Below are positions 41,932 through 53,379 of a stretch of DNA of 64,000 nucleotides, one piece after another; the stretch's first letter is position 1, and each line of letters starts with the position of its first letter. Both the position numbers and the translations under genes were made by a program. The notes beneath the pieces were generated by a model. It did no database searches. It saw only the letters and a program-made list of their open reading frames with translations, and was not told where the DNA came from. This stretch comes from an uncultured Actinomycetota bacterium (GTDB lineage: Bacteria; Actinomycetota; Actinomycetes; JAHEKZ01): assembly GCA_963848085.1 (NCBI GenBank), contig CAWKCE010000003.1, positions 999,300 through 1,063,299 on the forward strand, in the 5' to 3' direction.

Positions 41932-43308
41932 GTGGGCGATGCCGGGACGTTCGACGGTGACGCGGACCTGTTCGACGCGGTGATCGAGGACCTTCCCCCA
42001 GGCCCGCTGGCCGCCCGAATGCGCCCGCGAACCCTGGACGACGTCGTCGGCCAGGAACACGTCCTCGGACCCGGGTCGCCTCTTCGGCAGCTCGTCTCCG
42101 GCGACACCTCAGCCGCGGTGTCCCTCATCCTGTGGGGTCCCCCCGGCACCGGGAAGACCACCTTGGCCCACCTCGTCAGCAGCGCCACGGGGCGACGCTT
42201 CGTCGAGCTGTCTGCGGTCAACGCCGGGGTCAAAGAGGTGCGCGCGGTCGTGGAGGGCGCCCGCCGCAGCCTGGCAGTCGGCGGGGCGGACACCGTGCTG
42301 TTCGTCGACGAGGTGCACCGGTTCTCCAAGACGCAGCAGGACGCCCTGCTGCCCGCCGTCGAGAACGGCTGGGTGCTCCTGATCGCGGCCACGACGGAGA
42401 ACCCGCACTTTGCGGTGGTCTCCCCGCTGCTGTCCCGGTCGCTGGTCGTGACGCTCACCCCACTCACCGACGAGAACCTCCGCGCCGTGGTCGAACGGGC
42501 GATCACGGACCCACGCGGGCTGGCCGACCGGCTCACGCTGAGCGACGACGCCGCCGAGCACCTGGTGCGGATCGCGGGAGGAGACGCCAGGAAAGCGCTC
42601 ACGGCGCTCGAGGCCGCGGCCGGCGCGGTGGCGGCGGCCGGCGGTGCTGCCATTGAGCTGCCGGACGTCGAGCAGGCCGTCGATCGGGCCGCCGTCCGGT
42701 ACGACCGGGATGGCGACCAGCACTACGACGTGACGAGTGCGCTGATCAAGAGCATCCGCGGCAGTGACGTGGACGCTGCCCTGCACTACCTCGCCCGCAT
42801 GGTCGAGGCCGGTGAGGATCCGCGCTTCATCGCCCGACGCCTCGTGGTCCACGCAAGCGAGGACATTGGGATGGCAGACCCTTCTGCCCTGCAGACCGCA
42901 GTGGCCGCGATGCATGCCGTTGCTTTCATCGGCCTGCCCGAGGCACGGATCACGCTGGCCCAGGCGGTCATCCACTTGGCGGTCGCCCCGAAGTCGAACG
43001 CAGTGGTCCGGGCCATCGACGGCGCGCTGTCGGACGTCCGGAGCGGCCGAGTGGGGCCAGTCCCTGCGGCGCTGCGTGACGCAAGCTACTCCGGCGCCGC
43101 CGGCCTGGGGCACGGGCAGGCCTACCGGTACCCGCACGACGACCCGCGGGGCGTTGTCCCGCAGCAGTACGCGCCGGACTCGGTGGCTGGCCGCGAGTAC
43201 TACCTGCCGTCGACGCACGGGTCCGAGCAGGAGATCGCCGAGCGGGTGACGCGCATCCGGTCGATCCTGCGCGACGAGCCGCGCAATGGGGTTGCTCCGC
43301 TCGGATAG
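41932..43308 (+). CDS. rarA: Replication-associated recombination protein A (AAA+ ATPase)
   Basis: [28 protein letters not shown] and [14 protein letters not shown] motifs. Confidence 0.9.
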   Translation: MGDAGTFDGDADLFDAVIEDLPPGPLAARMRPRTLDDVVGQEHVLGPGSPLRQLVSGDTSAAVSLILWGPPGTGKTTLAHLVSSATGRRFVELSAVNAGVKEVRAVVEGARRSLAVGGADTVLFVDEVHRFSKTQQDALLPAVENGWVLLIAATTENPHFAVVSPLLSRSLVVTLTPLTDENLRAVVERAITDPRGLADRLTLSDDAAEHLVRIAGGDARKALTALEAAAGAVAAAGGAAIELPDVEQAVDRAAVRYDRDGDQHYDVTSALIKSIRGSDVDAALHYLARMVEAGEDPRFIARRLVVHASEDIGMADPSALQTAVAAMHAVAFIGLPEARITLAQAVIHLAVAPKSNAVVRAIDGALSDVRSGRVGPVPAALRDASYSGAAGLGHGQAYRYPHDDPRGVVPQQYAPDSVAGREYYLPSTHGSEQEIAERVTRIRSILRDEPRNGVAPLG

Positions 43309-43355
43309 GCTCAGAAGTCGTCGAGGACGACGCTTCGAAGGAGTGCCCACCCCCC

Positions 43356-46015
<2,660 letters not shown>

Positions 46016-46019
<4 letters not shown>

Positions 46020-46495
46020 TGCGTCCGGGGGTGCGGCTGGGGGTGGACCCGGGACGGGTCCGCATCGGCGTGGCGGTGTCGGACGCAGAGGGGCTGCTGG
46101 CGGTCCCCCTGGAGACCGTTCGCGCCGGGTCGGGCCAGTGGCGGAGGTTGGCCGAGCTGGCGGCAGAGACCGCCGCGGTCGAGATCGTCGTGGGGCTGCC
46201 GTTGCTGTTGTCCGGTGGTGAGGGGCGGTCGGCACACGACGCGCGCGACTTCGGGGGCAGGCTGGCGGAACGCACCGGGCTGCCGGTGCGTCTGGTCGAC
46301 GAACGGCTGAGCACGGTCGAGGCGTCCCGGTCCCTGCGCGGCGCTGGCCGGTCAACTCGTTCCAGCCGCACCGTCGTCGACCAGGCGGCGGCCGTGGTCG
46401 TCCTGCAGGCGGCATTGGACGCGGAACGGTCCTCCGGCGCCCCCTCCGGCGTCGAGGTCCTGGTGCCGCCTCGCCGAGACGAGGAGCCGACGTGA
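46016..46495 (+). CDS. ruvX: Holliday junction resolvase-like RuvX (YqgF)
   Basis: [16 protein letters not shown] and VVGLPL motifs. GTG 46016 or ATG 46019 overlaps the alaS stop. Confidence 0.85.
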
Positions 46496-47562
46496 CGGTT
46501 GCGGACGTCGACCCGACCATGGGCCGGCGGCGTTCCGGGCGTGCGGGATGGGTGCTCGCGGCCCTGGTCGCGGTCATCTTGGGCGGCCTGGTGGTCGGCG
46601 TGCTGCTGCTCGGCAACCTGCTGGGGAGCAACGCGCCGGACTACGCCGGGCCCGGGAGCGGCGAAGTCGTCGTCGAGGTGGTCAGCGGCGAGACCGCGAC
46701 CGACATCGGCGGGACCCTGGCCGCGGCGGACGTGGTGGCCAGCAGCGCCGCGTTCGTGGATGCGGCCGCCTCGGACGACCGCTCCTTGGGAATCCAGCCC
46801 GGCTTCTACCGGCTACGCCTCCAGATGTCGGGTGCCGGCGCGCTGGAGCTCCTGCTCGACCCGGCGGCGCGTGTGGAGAGTGTCGTCGTCGTGCCCGAGG
46901 GGCTGCGGGTGGACCAAGTAGTGGCTCGGCTGTCCAAGGGCACCGGGCTGACCCGCCGGGAGCTCTTTGCCGTTCTGGACCGGCCCGGGCCGCTCCGGCT
47001 GCCCCCGTACGCGGGCGGCTCGGCCGAGGGCTACCTGTTCCCGGCCACGTACACGTTCCCGCCCGACGTCACCGCGACCGAAGCGCTGCGGGCGATGGTG
47101 GACCGGTTCCGCGAGGCGGCCCGGGCGGTCGACCTGGTGGCGCGCGCCGCCGAGGCCGGTCACAGCCCGCACGACGTCGTCACGATCGCGAGCCTGGTGC
47201 AGGCCGAGGTTGCCGAGGCGGACTTCGGCACCGCGGCACGGGTGGTGGAGAACCGGCTGGACGTCGGGATGCCGCTCCAGTTCGACTCGACCGTCAACTA
47301 CGTGCTGCGCAGCAGTGACCTGACCCTCACGAACGACCAGCTGGCAGTCGACTCGCCTTACAACACCTACCGGTACCCGGGGCTACCACCAGGACCGGTG
47401 AACTCGCCAGGAGAGGCCGCTTTAGAGGCGGCGTTGGCCCCGCCGGAGGGCGACTGGCTGTACTTCGTCGCGGTGGCGCCCGGAAGCGACGAGACGCGTT
47501 TCACCGCGAGCTACGAGGAGTTCCTCCAGTTCAAGGCGGACTTCTACGCGCAGGTGCCGTGA
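46492..47562 (+). CDS. mltG: Endolytic murein transglycosylase MltG (YceG-like)
   Basis: N-terminal TM plus a YceG domain ([32 protein letters not shown]). Confidence 0.85.
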   Translation: MTVADVDPTMGRRRSGRAGWVLAALVAVILGGLVVGVLLLGNLLGSNAPDYAGPGSGEVVVEVVSGETATDIGGTLAAADVVASSAAFVDAAASDDRSLGIQPGFYRLRLQMSGAGALELLLDPAARVESVVVVPEGLRVDQVVARLSKGTGLTRRELFAVLDRPGPLRLPPYAGGSAEGYLFPATYTFPPDVTATEALRAMVDRFREAARAVDLVARAAEAGHSPHDVVTIASLVQAEVAEADFGTAARVVENRLDVGMPLQFDSTVNYVLRSSDLTLTNDQLAVDSPYNTYRYPGLPPGPVNSPGEAALEAALAPPEGDWLYFVAVAPGSDETRFTASYEEFLQFKADFYAQVP

Positions 47563-48386
47563 CGCCGCCGGTCCGGCGGGCTGGGGTCCTCGGTCATCCC
47601 GTCGCCCACTCGCTGTCACCGGCGCTGCACCGTGCCGCCTACCGCGAGCTGGGTCTGGACTGGGACTACCAGGCGATCGACGTGACGCCGGACCACCTCG
47701 CGGAGTTCCTCGACTCGCTGGACAGCCGGTGGGTCGGTCTGTCCCTGACGATGCCGCTGAAGGAGGCGGTGCTGCCCTTCCTGGCCAGCATCGACGACCT
47801 CGCCCGTCGGCTGGGCGTGGTCAACACCGTGCTGCTGGCGCCGAACGGGGCTCGCCACGGGGCCAACACCGACGTCCCGGGGCTGGTCCAGGTGCTGACG
47901 GAGGCGGAAGTCGCTGCCGGAGCCGATGTCACCCTCCTGGGGGGTGGGGCGACGGCGCGGTCGACGTTGGCTGCCCTCGGCATACACGGGGCGGGGCGGG
48001 TCACGGTGTGCGCGCGCCGCGCCGACGCGGGGCGGCAGCTCGTGGATCTCGGTGTCGAGCTGGGCCTGACGGTGCGGGCGAGGGGCTTCGACGAGGCCTC
48101 GGAGGCGCTGGCCGCGGACCTCGTCGTCGCCACGGTTCCCGCGGGCGCGACTGATGGGCTCGCGGCCTCGGTGCCGGCCCGGCCGGGGACGTTGGTGGAG
48201 GTCGTCTACGACCCGTGGCCGACCCGGCTCGCCGCCGGCTGGGCTGCGGCGGGCGGGTCAGTGGTGGGTGGGTTGGAGCTCCTGGTCCACCAGGCACACG
48301 AGCAGCTCTGGCTCATGACGGGCGAGCGGGTCCCGACTGACCTGCTGCGGGCCGCCGGGTCAGCGGCACTCGCGGACCGATCCTGA
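47559..48386 (+). CDS. aroE: Shikimate dehydrogenase
   Basis: GHPVAHSLSP..HRAAY, LSLTMPLK and NTD motifs. Conserved alaS-ruvX-mltG-aroE order. Confidence 0.85.
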   Translation: MTPPVRRAGVLGHPVAHSLSPALHRAAYRELGLDWDYQAIDVTPDHLAEFLDSLDSRWVGLSLTMPLKEAVLPFLASIDDLARRLGVVNTVLLAPNGARHGANTDVPGLVQVLTEAEVAAGADVTLLGGGATARSTLAALGIHGAGRVTVCARRADAGRQLVDLGVELGLTVRARGFDEASEALAADLVVATVPAGATDGLAASVPARPGTLVEVVYDPWPTRLAAGWAAAGGSVVGGLELLVHQAHEQLWLMTGERVPTDLLRAAGSAALADRS

Positions 48387-48431
48387 CGCGGGCGCACCCT
48401 GCCAGGATCGACTGATGGCTCTGCCCCGCTG

Positions 48432-48461
48432 GGGCTCAAGAGGAGCGGTGCGCCCGCCGAA
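48432..48461 (+). promoter_or_regulatory. Sigma-28-like promoter motif, site 1: GGGCTCAAG-N15-GCCGAA
   Basis: Intergenic, 61 nt upstream of ATG 48522. Same bipartite motif and exact 15-nt spacer as five other sites in the locus. Confidence 0.55.
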
Positions 48462-48521
48462 GCACAGACGGTGAGGCGGCACCGGTGGCGGTGCGGCCCC
48501 GGTGCTGGTGAAGGGTGCCCC

Positions 48522-49259
48522 ATGTCCGATCGATACGCCGCCGTGAGCGACCAGGTCGACCACCGCTCGGCGCGCTTGGAGCGAGTCCTGACGGCTCTGC
48601 TCGCCCAGGCCCCGGAGCTGGAGGCTGCAGCCGTGGTCTCGTTCGACGGCCTCCCCATGGCCGCTGCCCTGCCGGAAGGCATGGACGAGGACCGGGTGGC
48701 TGCCATGAGCGCGGCCCTGCTGTCGCTCGGGGAGCGGGCCGCCCAGGGACTCGGCCGTGGCGAGCTGTCCCAGGTCTACGTGGAGGGCGAGAGCGGAACG
48801 GTGTTCCTCGTCTCGGCCGACGACGAGGCCGTTCTGGTTGCTGTCGGAGCTCGCGGGGCCAAAGTGGGGCTCCTGCTGTTCGAAGTGCGCCACGCTGCCG
48901 CAGCGGTGGGGGAGACCCTGCGCCGAGAGCCGGATGTCACCCCGACGTACGACGAGGCCCCGGTGGACGAGCCGGAGTACGTGACCGAGGCGGTGGACGA
49001 GCCTGCCCCGGTGGACGAGCCGGAGTACGTGACCGAGGCGGTGGACGAGCCGGCGACGGAGCGCGAGTACTTCGCCGACGTGGAGTTCGAGCCGCAGGCG
49101 GAGCACGAGGTCGAGCCTCCCAGCGACGACGACGAGCCGCGGCCGGTGGACTACGTGCTGGCCGGCGACGACGAGGGGTCCGGCTGGGACGACGAATACG
49201 CCGACTTCGGCTCGATGCGTCAGCCCTCACGGGTCGCCCAGCCGACAACCTGGTCCTGA
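48522..49259 (+). CDS. Roadblock/LC7-domain protein (MglB/CvnB-like) with long acidic C-terminal tail
   Basis: LERVLTALL..ELEAAAVVSFDGLPMAAAL..DRVAAMSAALLSLGERAA..VYVEGESGTVFLV..VLVAVG fits the Roadblock pattern. Start at ATG 48522, downstream of the motif. The track ORF begins at GTG 48471. Confidence 0.75.
   Translation: MSDRYAAVSDQVDHRSARLERVLTALLAQAPELEAAAVVSFDGLPMAAALPEGMDEDRVAAMSAALLSLGERAAQGLGRGELSQVYVEGESGTVFLVSADDEAVLVAVGARGAKVGLLLFEVRHAAAAVGETLRREPDVTPTYDEAPVDEPEYVTEAVDEPAPVDEPEYVTEAVDEPATEREYFADVEFEPQAEHEVEPPSDDDEPRPVDYVLAGDDEGSGWDDEYADFGSMRQPSRVAQPTTWS
48960..49055 (+). repeat. 48-nt in-frame tandem duplication encoding PVDEPEYVTEAVDEPA twice
   Basis: The two units are identical at 46 of 48 nt. 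The differences are only in the third positions of the last two codons. Confidence 0.9.
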
Positions 49260-49316
49260 CCCAGGCGGCCCGCCGCTGACCCTCATCCCTACCGACGTCG
49301 AAGGAGTCGAGAACCC

Positions 49317-50564
49317 GTGAAGCTCGAGGGCTCGCTCGACGCGTTCAGCCTCCAGGACGTCTTCCAGCTGCTGAGCCTGACCAAGAAGTCCGGTGGGCTG
49401 CACCTGGCCAACGGCCAGGCAGTGGGGGTGGTCTACTTCGACAACGGTGCCATCACGGGGTCGGTGTCGGATGCCTCGCAGCAGGCACTGGCCAGGCGGC
49501 TGATCGGGATGGGCGCCTGTGACGACGCGGCGCTGCGGCGCGCGGTCGAGCGGGCCTGTGTGGAGCCGGTGGGTGTCGCCCGGGCACTCGTGGAGTCTGG
49601 TGGGGCCGACGCCGACGTCGTTCGAGAGCACGCCCTGGACCAGACTGTCGACTCCGTGTTCGACCTGCTGCGCTGGCCGGAGGGGGACTTCTCCCTCGCA
49701 GTCGGTGAGCCCAACCCCGACGACGTCGGAATTGCGGTTCCGGCGGAGAAGGTGGTGGCCGAGGCCAACGCCCGACGCGAAGCCTGGGAGGCCGTGTCGC
49801 GAGTGATCCCGTCCCCGGACGTCGTCCTCGTCATGCCGGTCGTCATTGCCGACGAACCCGGGGTGGGCCGCGACGAGTGGGCGTTGCTGGCCCTGGTCGA
49901 TGGCCGTCGAACCGTCGGTGAGCTGGTCGAGGTCAGCGGGGCCGGGACCTTCGCTGTGGTCTCCAAGCTCGCCCAGATGGTTCAGCGGGGGCTCCTCTCC
50001 CTGGCCGACGACGACTCGACCGACCACGTCACGCTGGTCCACCGCCGCCACCTGCTACTCGCACCGCTGGAACCGGCGTCGGCAACGGGCTCTCCCCACG
50101 AGTCGGCGCCCGAGCCCCTGGTTCGGACTGGCCGGGATGCCGACGGAGGCGGCGCCGCACGGCAGTCGCTCGCTCCCCAGGCGGACCCGGCGCCTCGCTC
50201 CGAGCCGGCCGTGGCCGCGGCTACTTTGGCGATCCCGCTCGTCGGCGGCGCGCACGCGCCCCGGGAGGTTGTGCCCACGCGCCATGAGCCGTTCCTGCCC
50301 CGGCGATCGGTCTCCCACCCCGAATCGCCTCCGGTCGATGCACCCGCCGCGGTGCCCTCAGCGGACACCCGCCGGCACCCGCCCGCCCCGGCCATGCCCC
50401 CACCCGGAGTGCGGACGGGCGTCCCGGCCGGGTACCCGACGACGGCCACCGGCACCATGGGCGCCGCCGCTGCGGCACCGAACGCGGACCCGACGATCCA
50501 GCCCGACCCGAACCTCAACCGCAGCCTGTTGCTGCGGCTCATCGCCGGTGTGAGGGGACTCTGA
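49317..50564 (+). CDS. DUF4388 (PATAN-type) domain protein with Pro/Ala-rich C-terminal half
   Basis: The N-terminus MKLEGSLDAFSLQDVFQLLSLTKKSGGLHL..GVVYFDNGAI is the remembered DUF4388 signature. AAGGAG lies 10 nt before GTG 49317. Confidence 0.7.
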   Translation: MKLEGSLDAFSLQDVFQLLSLTKKSGGLHLANGQAVGVVYFDNGAITGSVSDASQQALARRLIGMGACDDAALRRAVERACVEPVGVARALVESGGADADVVREHALDQTVDSVFDLLRWPEGDFSLAVGEPNPDDVGIAVPAEKVVAEANARREAWEAVSRVIPSPDVVLVMPVVIADEPGVGRDEWALLALVDGRRTVGELVEVSGAGTFAVVSKLAQMVQRGLLSLADDDSTDHVTLVHRRHLLLAPLEPASATGSPHESAPEPLVRTGRDADGGGAARQSLAPQADPAPRSEPAVAAATLAIPLVGGAHAPREVVPTRHEPFLPRRSVSHPESPPVDAPAAVPSADTRRHPPAPAMPPPGVRTGVPAGYPTTATGTMGAAAAAPNADPTIQPDPNLNRSLLLRLIAGVRGL

Positions 50565-50565
50565 C

Positions 50566-51141
50566 ATGGCGGGCAGCAAGCGGCGCCGGCACGGCGGGCA
50601 GGCGGTGAAGGTGGTCATCACCGGGCCGTTCGCCGCCGGCAAGACCACGTTGATCCGCAGCATCAGCGAGATCACGGTGCTGTCCACGGAGCGGGGGATC
50701 ACCGACGAGACCCGGGCCCGCAAGAACGACACCACCGTGGCCATGGACTTCGGGCGCATCACCGTTGACCGTGACCTCGTCCTCTACCTGTTCGGGACGC
50801 CGGGGCAGGAGCGGTTCGACTTCATGTGGGAGATCCTTGGGGAGGGGATGCTCGGCTATGTCGTGCTGCTCGACGCCGACCGCCCCGACTCGTTGCAGGA
50901 GGCCAAGGGAATCCTGGACGCCTTCCGGCGCATGGCCCGCGTCCCGTTCGTCCTGGCACTGAACCGTTCGGACGGCATCGACGACGTCGAGGAGGCTCGG
51001 ATCCGACAGACCCTCGACGTCGACGGTTCGGTTGCGCTTGTCCCGTGCGACGCCACCGACAAGGAGTCGGTCAAGGCGGTCCTCCTGGCGCTGCTGTACA
51101 GCGTCCTCGACCAGGTGGAAGCCGCGCCGGCCGGGGTGTGA
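50566..51141 (+). CDS. MglA/CvnD-like small Ras-superfamily GTPase (ATP/GTP-binding protein)
   Basis: G1 GPFAAGKTT, G2 TTVAMDF, G3 LFGTPGQERF (TPGQ in place of DxxGQ, as in MglA TVPGQ), G4 LNRSD. The ATG is one base after the upstream stop. Confidence 0.8.
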   Translation: MAGSKRRRHGGQAVKVVITGPFAAGKTTLIRSISEITVLSTERGITDETRARKNDTTVAMDFGRITVDRDLVLYLFGTPGQERFDFMWEILGEGMLGYVVLLDADRPDSLQEAKGILDAFRRMARVPFVLALNRSDGIDDVEEARIRQTLDVDGSVALVPCDATDKESVKAVLLALLYSVLDQVEAAPAGV

Positions 51142-51166
51142 GCCCCGTCGCGCCGGCTGGACGGCC

Positions 51167-51448
51167 ATGACCCTGTTCCGACGGTCGTCCCGGGGGCGTC
51201 ACGCGGAGGGCCGGGCTGCCCGGCCGCCCACTCCCACGTTCCCCGAGGCGACGGCGACGGCACCGGTTCCCGAGCCGGTGAGCCGCGGCCTGGTCCGCAT
51301 CGTGTTCCGTGATGGCAGCGCCATGGCGCTCGATGCGCATGATCCACGCGCGGCCCCGTTCCGAGCCCTCGCAGACAGCATGTGGGCATCCCCCGCGTCA
51401 GCTGTCGGTGAGCCAGGCTCGGCGCGGGACGACCCCGGCGAGGATTGA
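51167..51448 (+). CDS. Small hypothetical protein (93 aa), last gene of the GTPase operon
   Basis: ATG 51167 is 25 nt after the GTPase stop. The ORF ends before the next promoter motif. No family recognised, and coding status is uncertain. Confidence 0.35.
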   Translation: MTLFRRSSRGRHAEGRAARPPTPTFPEATATAPVPEPVSRGLVRIVFRDGSAMALDAHDPRAAPFRALADSMWASPASAVGEPGSARDDPGED

Positions 51449-51465
51449 GCAGGCGAACCGCCGTC

Positions 51466-51496
51466 GGGCCTTCAGCCCCCGGCCAGGACGGCCGAT
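51466..51496 (+). promoter_or_regulatory. Sigma-28-like promoter motif, site 4: GGGCCTTCAG-N15-GCCGAT
   Basis: Intergenic, upstream of pilB. The -35-like half is degenerate, but the spacer is exactly 15 nt. Confidence 0.45.
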
Positions 51497-51581
51497 TGGG
51501 TCCTGAGGCGTCACGTACGCGGGCCCCCGCGCTCTCGTGTCGCCCGAGCTACCGCCTCCTACCAGTGGGAAGGACCGTCCG

Positions 51582-53261
51582 GTGAAGCAGCTCGGCGACA
51601 TCCTGTTGGACCAGGGACTGCTCACGCAGATTGAGCTGGATGCTGCCTACACCGAGCACCAGCGGGCGGGGAAGCCGCTGGGCCGTGTCCTCGTCGACCA
51701 GCAGGTGGTCACTCAGTCGCAGCTGATGGCCGCGCTGGCCGAGCAGATCGGCATGGAGTTCGTGGACCTGGGCGACTACCCCGTGGACGGAAGCCTGATC
51801 GCCCGCGTTCCGGGGGTGCTGTGTCGCAAGCACTCGGTGGTGCCGCTGCGGATCGAGAACGGCGTCCTGCTGTTGGCGATGGCAGACCCGGCGAACATCT
51901 TCGCCGTCGACGACGTGCGCACCACCCTGCGCGAGCAGGGCATGGTCGTCGACGTCAAGACGGCAGTGGCCACCAAGGCTGACGTGGTCGCGGCCATCGA
52001 CCGGTACTACCGGAACGACGACCAGATGGACGACCTCCAGACCGCCCTGGAGGCGGAGGACGAGGAAGAAGACCTGGCGAGCCTTCGCGAGGTCGTCGAG
52101 GACGCACCCATCGTCAAGTATGTGAACCTGCTGATCACCCAGGCGATCCAGGACCGCGCATCGGACATCCACCTGGAACCCGGGGAGTACGCACTCAACG
52201 TTCGGTACCGGATCGACGGTGTCCTGCACGACGTGATGACCTCGGGCAAGAACATCCAGGCGGCGGTGATCAGCCGGCTGAAGATCATGTCCGACATCAA
52301 CATCGCCGAGCGTCGCATCCCCCAGGACGGGCGCCTGTCGGTGACCCATCTCGGGAACAAGATTGACCTTCGCGTCGCCACGCTGCCGACGGTGTGGGGG
52401 GAGAAGGTCGTCATGCGTGTGCTCGACAACTCAACCGCACGGCTCGACCTGTCCGACCTCGGGTTCTCGGACCACAACTACCGGACATTCGAGGAGAGCT
52501 ACCGCAAGCCCTACGGGATGATGCTGGTCACCGGCCCCACCGGTTCCGGCAAGTCGACCACGCTGTACGCCACGCTGAACCAGATCGCCCGCCCCGAGGT
52601 GAACGTCATCACCGTCGAGGACCCGGTGGAGTACCGACTGCCCGGCGTCAACCAGGTCCAGGTCAACAACAAGGCCGGGCTGAGCTTCGCCGCGGCCCTG
52701 CGGTCGATTCTCCGCTGCGACCCGGACATCGTGCTTATCGGTGAGATCCGTGACCACGAGACGGCACAGATCGCCGTGGAGGCGGCGTTGACCGGTCACC
52801 TGGTGCTGTCGACGCTGCACACCAACGACGCGCCGTCGGCGGTGACTCGGCTCACCGAGATGGGGCTGGAGCCCTTCCTCGTCGGCTCGGCCCTCGACTG
52901 CGTCCTCGCACAGCGGTTGGCGCGGCGGTTGTGCACCAAGTGCCGAGAGCCGTACCAGCCGAGCCCGGAGTCCCTCGTCCAGGCCAAGTACACCTGGGAG
53001 GACGGGATGCCGGTGCCCACGCTGTACCGAGCCATCGGGTGCTCCGCCTGCTCGAAGACCGGATACAAGGGACGGCTCGCTCTGCACGAGGTCATGCCGG
53101 TCTCCGAGGAGATCGAGCGCCTGGCGGTCGAGCGGGCCTCGGCCACGGCGATTGGTGACGTTGCGCGCCAGCAGGGCATGTTGACGCTGCGCGACGACGG
53201 AATGCTGAAGGTCTCGCAGGGTGTCACCTCCATGGACGAGATCCTGCGCGTCGTCGTCTGA
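51582..53261 (+). CDS. pilB: Type IV pilus assembly ATPase PilB (GspE family)
   Basis: GSPII_E N-terminal domain, Walker A GPTGSGKSTT, VNVITVEDPVEY, Walker B IVLIGEIRD, and the tetracysteine CxxC..CxxC. Start at GTG 51582 (RBS GGGAAGGA), or GTG 51537. Confidence 0.9.
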   Translation: MKQLGDILLDQGLLTQIELDAAYTEHQRAGKPLGRVLVDQQVVTQSQLMAALAEQIGMEFVDLGDYPVDGSLIARVPGVLCRKHSVVPLRIENGVLLLAMADPANIFAVDDVRTTLREQGMVVDVKTAVATKADVVAAIDRYYRNDDQMDDLQTALEAEDEEEDLASLREVVEDAPIVKYVNLLITQAIQDRASDIHLEPGEYALNVRYRIDGVLHDVMTSGKNIQAAVISRLKIMSDINIAERRIPQDGRLSVTHLGNKIDLRVATLPTVWGEKVVMRVLDNSTARLDLSDLGFSDHNYRTFEESYRKPYGMMLVTGPTGSGKSTTLYATLNQIARPEVNVITVEDPVEYRLPGVNQVQVNNKAGLSFAAALRSILRCDPDIVLIGEIRDHETAQIAVEAALTGHLVLSTLHTNDAPSAVTRLTEMGLEPFLVGSALDCVLAQRLARRLCTKCREPYQPSPESLVQAKYTWEDGMPVPTLYRAIGCSACSKTGYKGRLALHEVMPVSEEIERLAVERASATAIGDVARQQGMLTLRDDGMLKVSQGVTSMDEILRVVV

Positions 53262-53277
53262 CTAGTTCGATCACCCT

Positions 53278-53307
53278 GGGCTTAAGGGGTGACCACCTTG
53301 CGCCGAT
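53278..53307 (+). promoter_or_regulatory. Sigma-28-like promoter motif, site 5: GGGCTTAAG-N15-GCCGAT
   Basis: Intergenic, 73 nt upstream of pilT GTG 53380. Confidence 0.55.
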
Positions 53308-53379
53308 GGCTCCGGGGAGACGTGCCCCCGCCGTGGGGGCACCGGACCGCCGCCTGCGGCGTATGAAGGAGGCTCGCTC

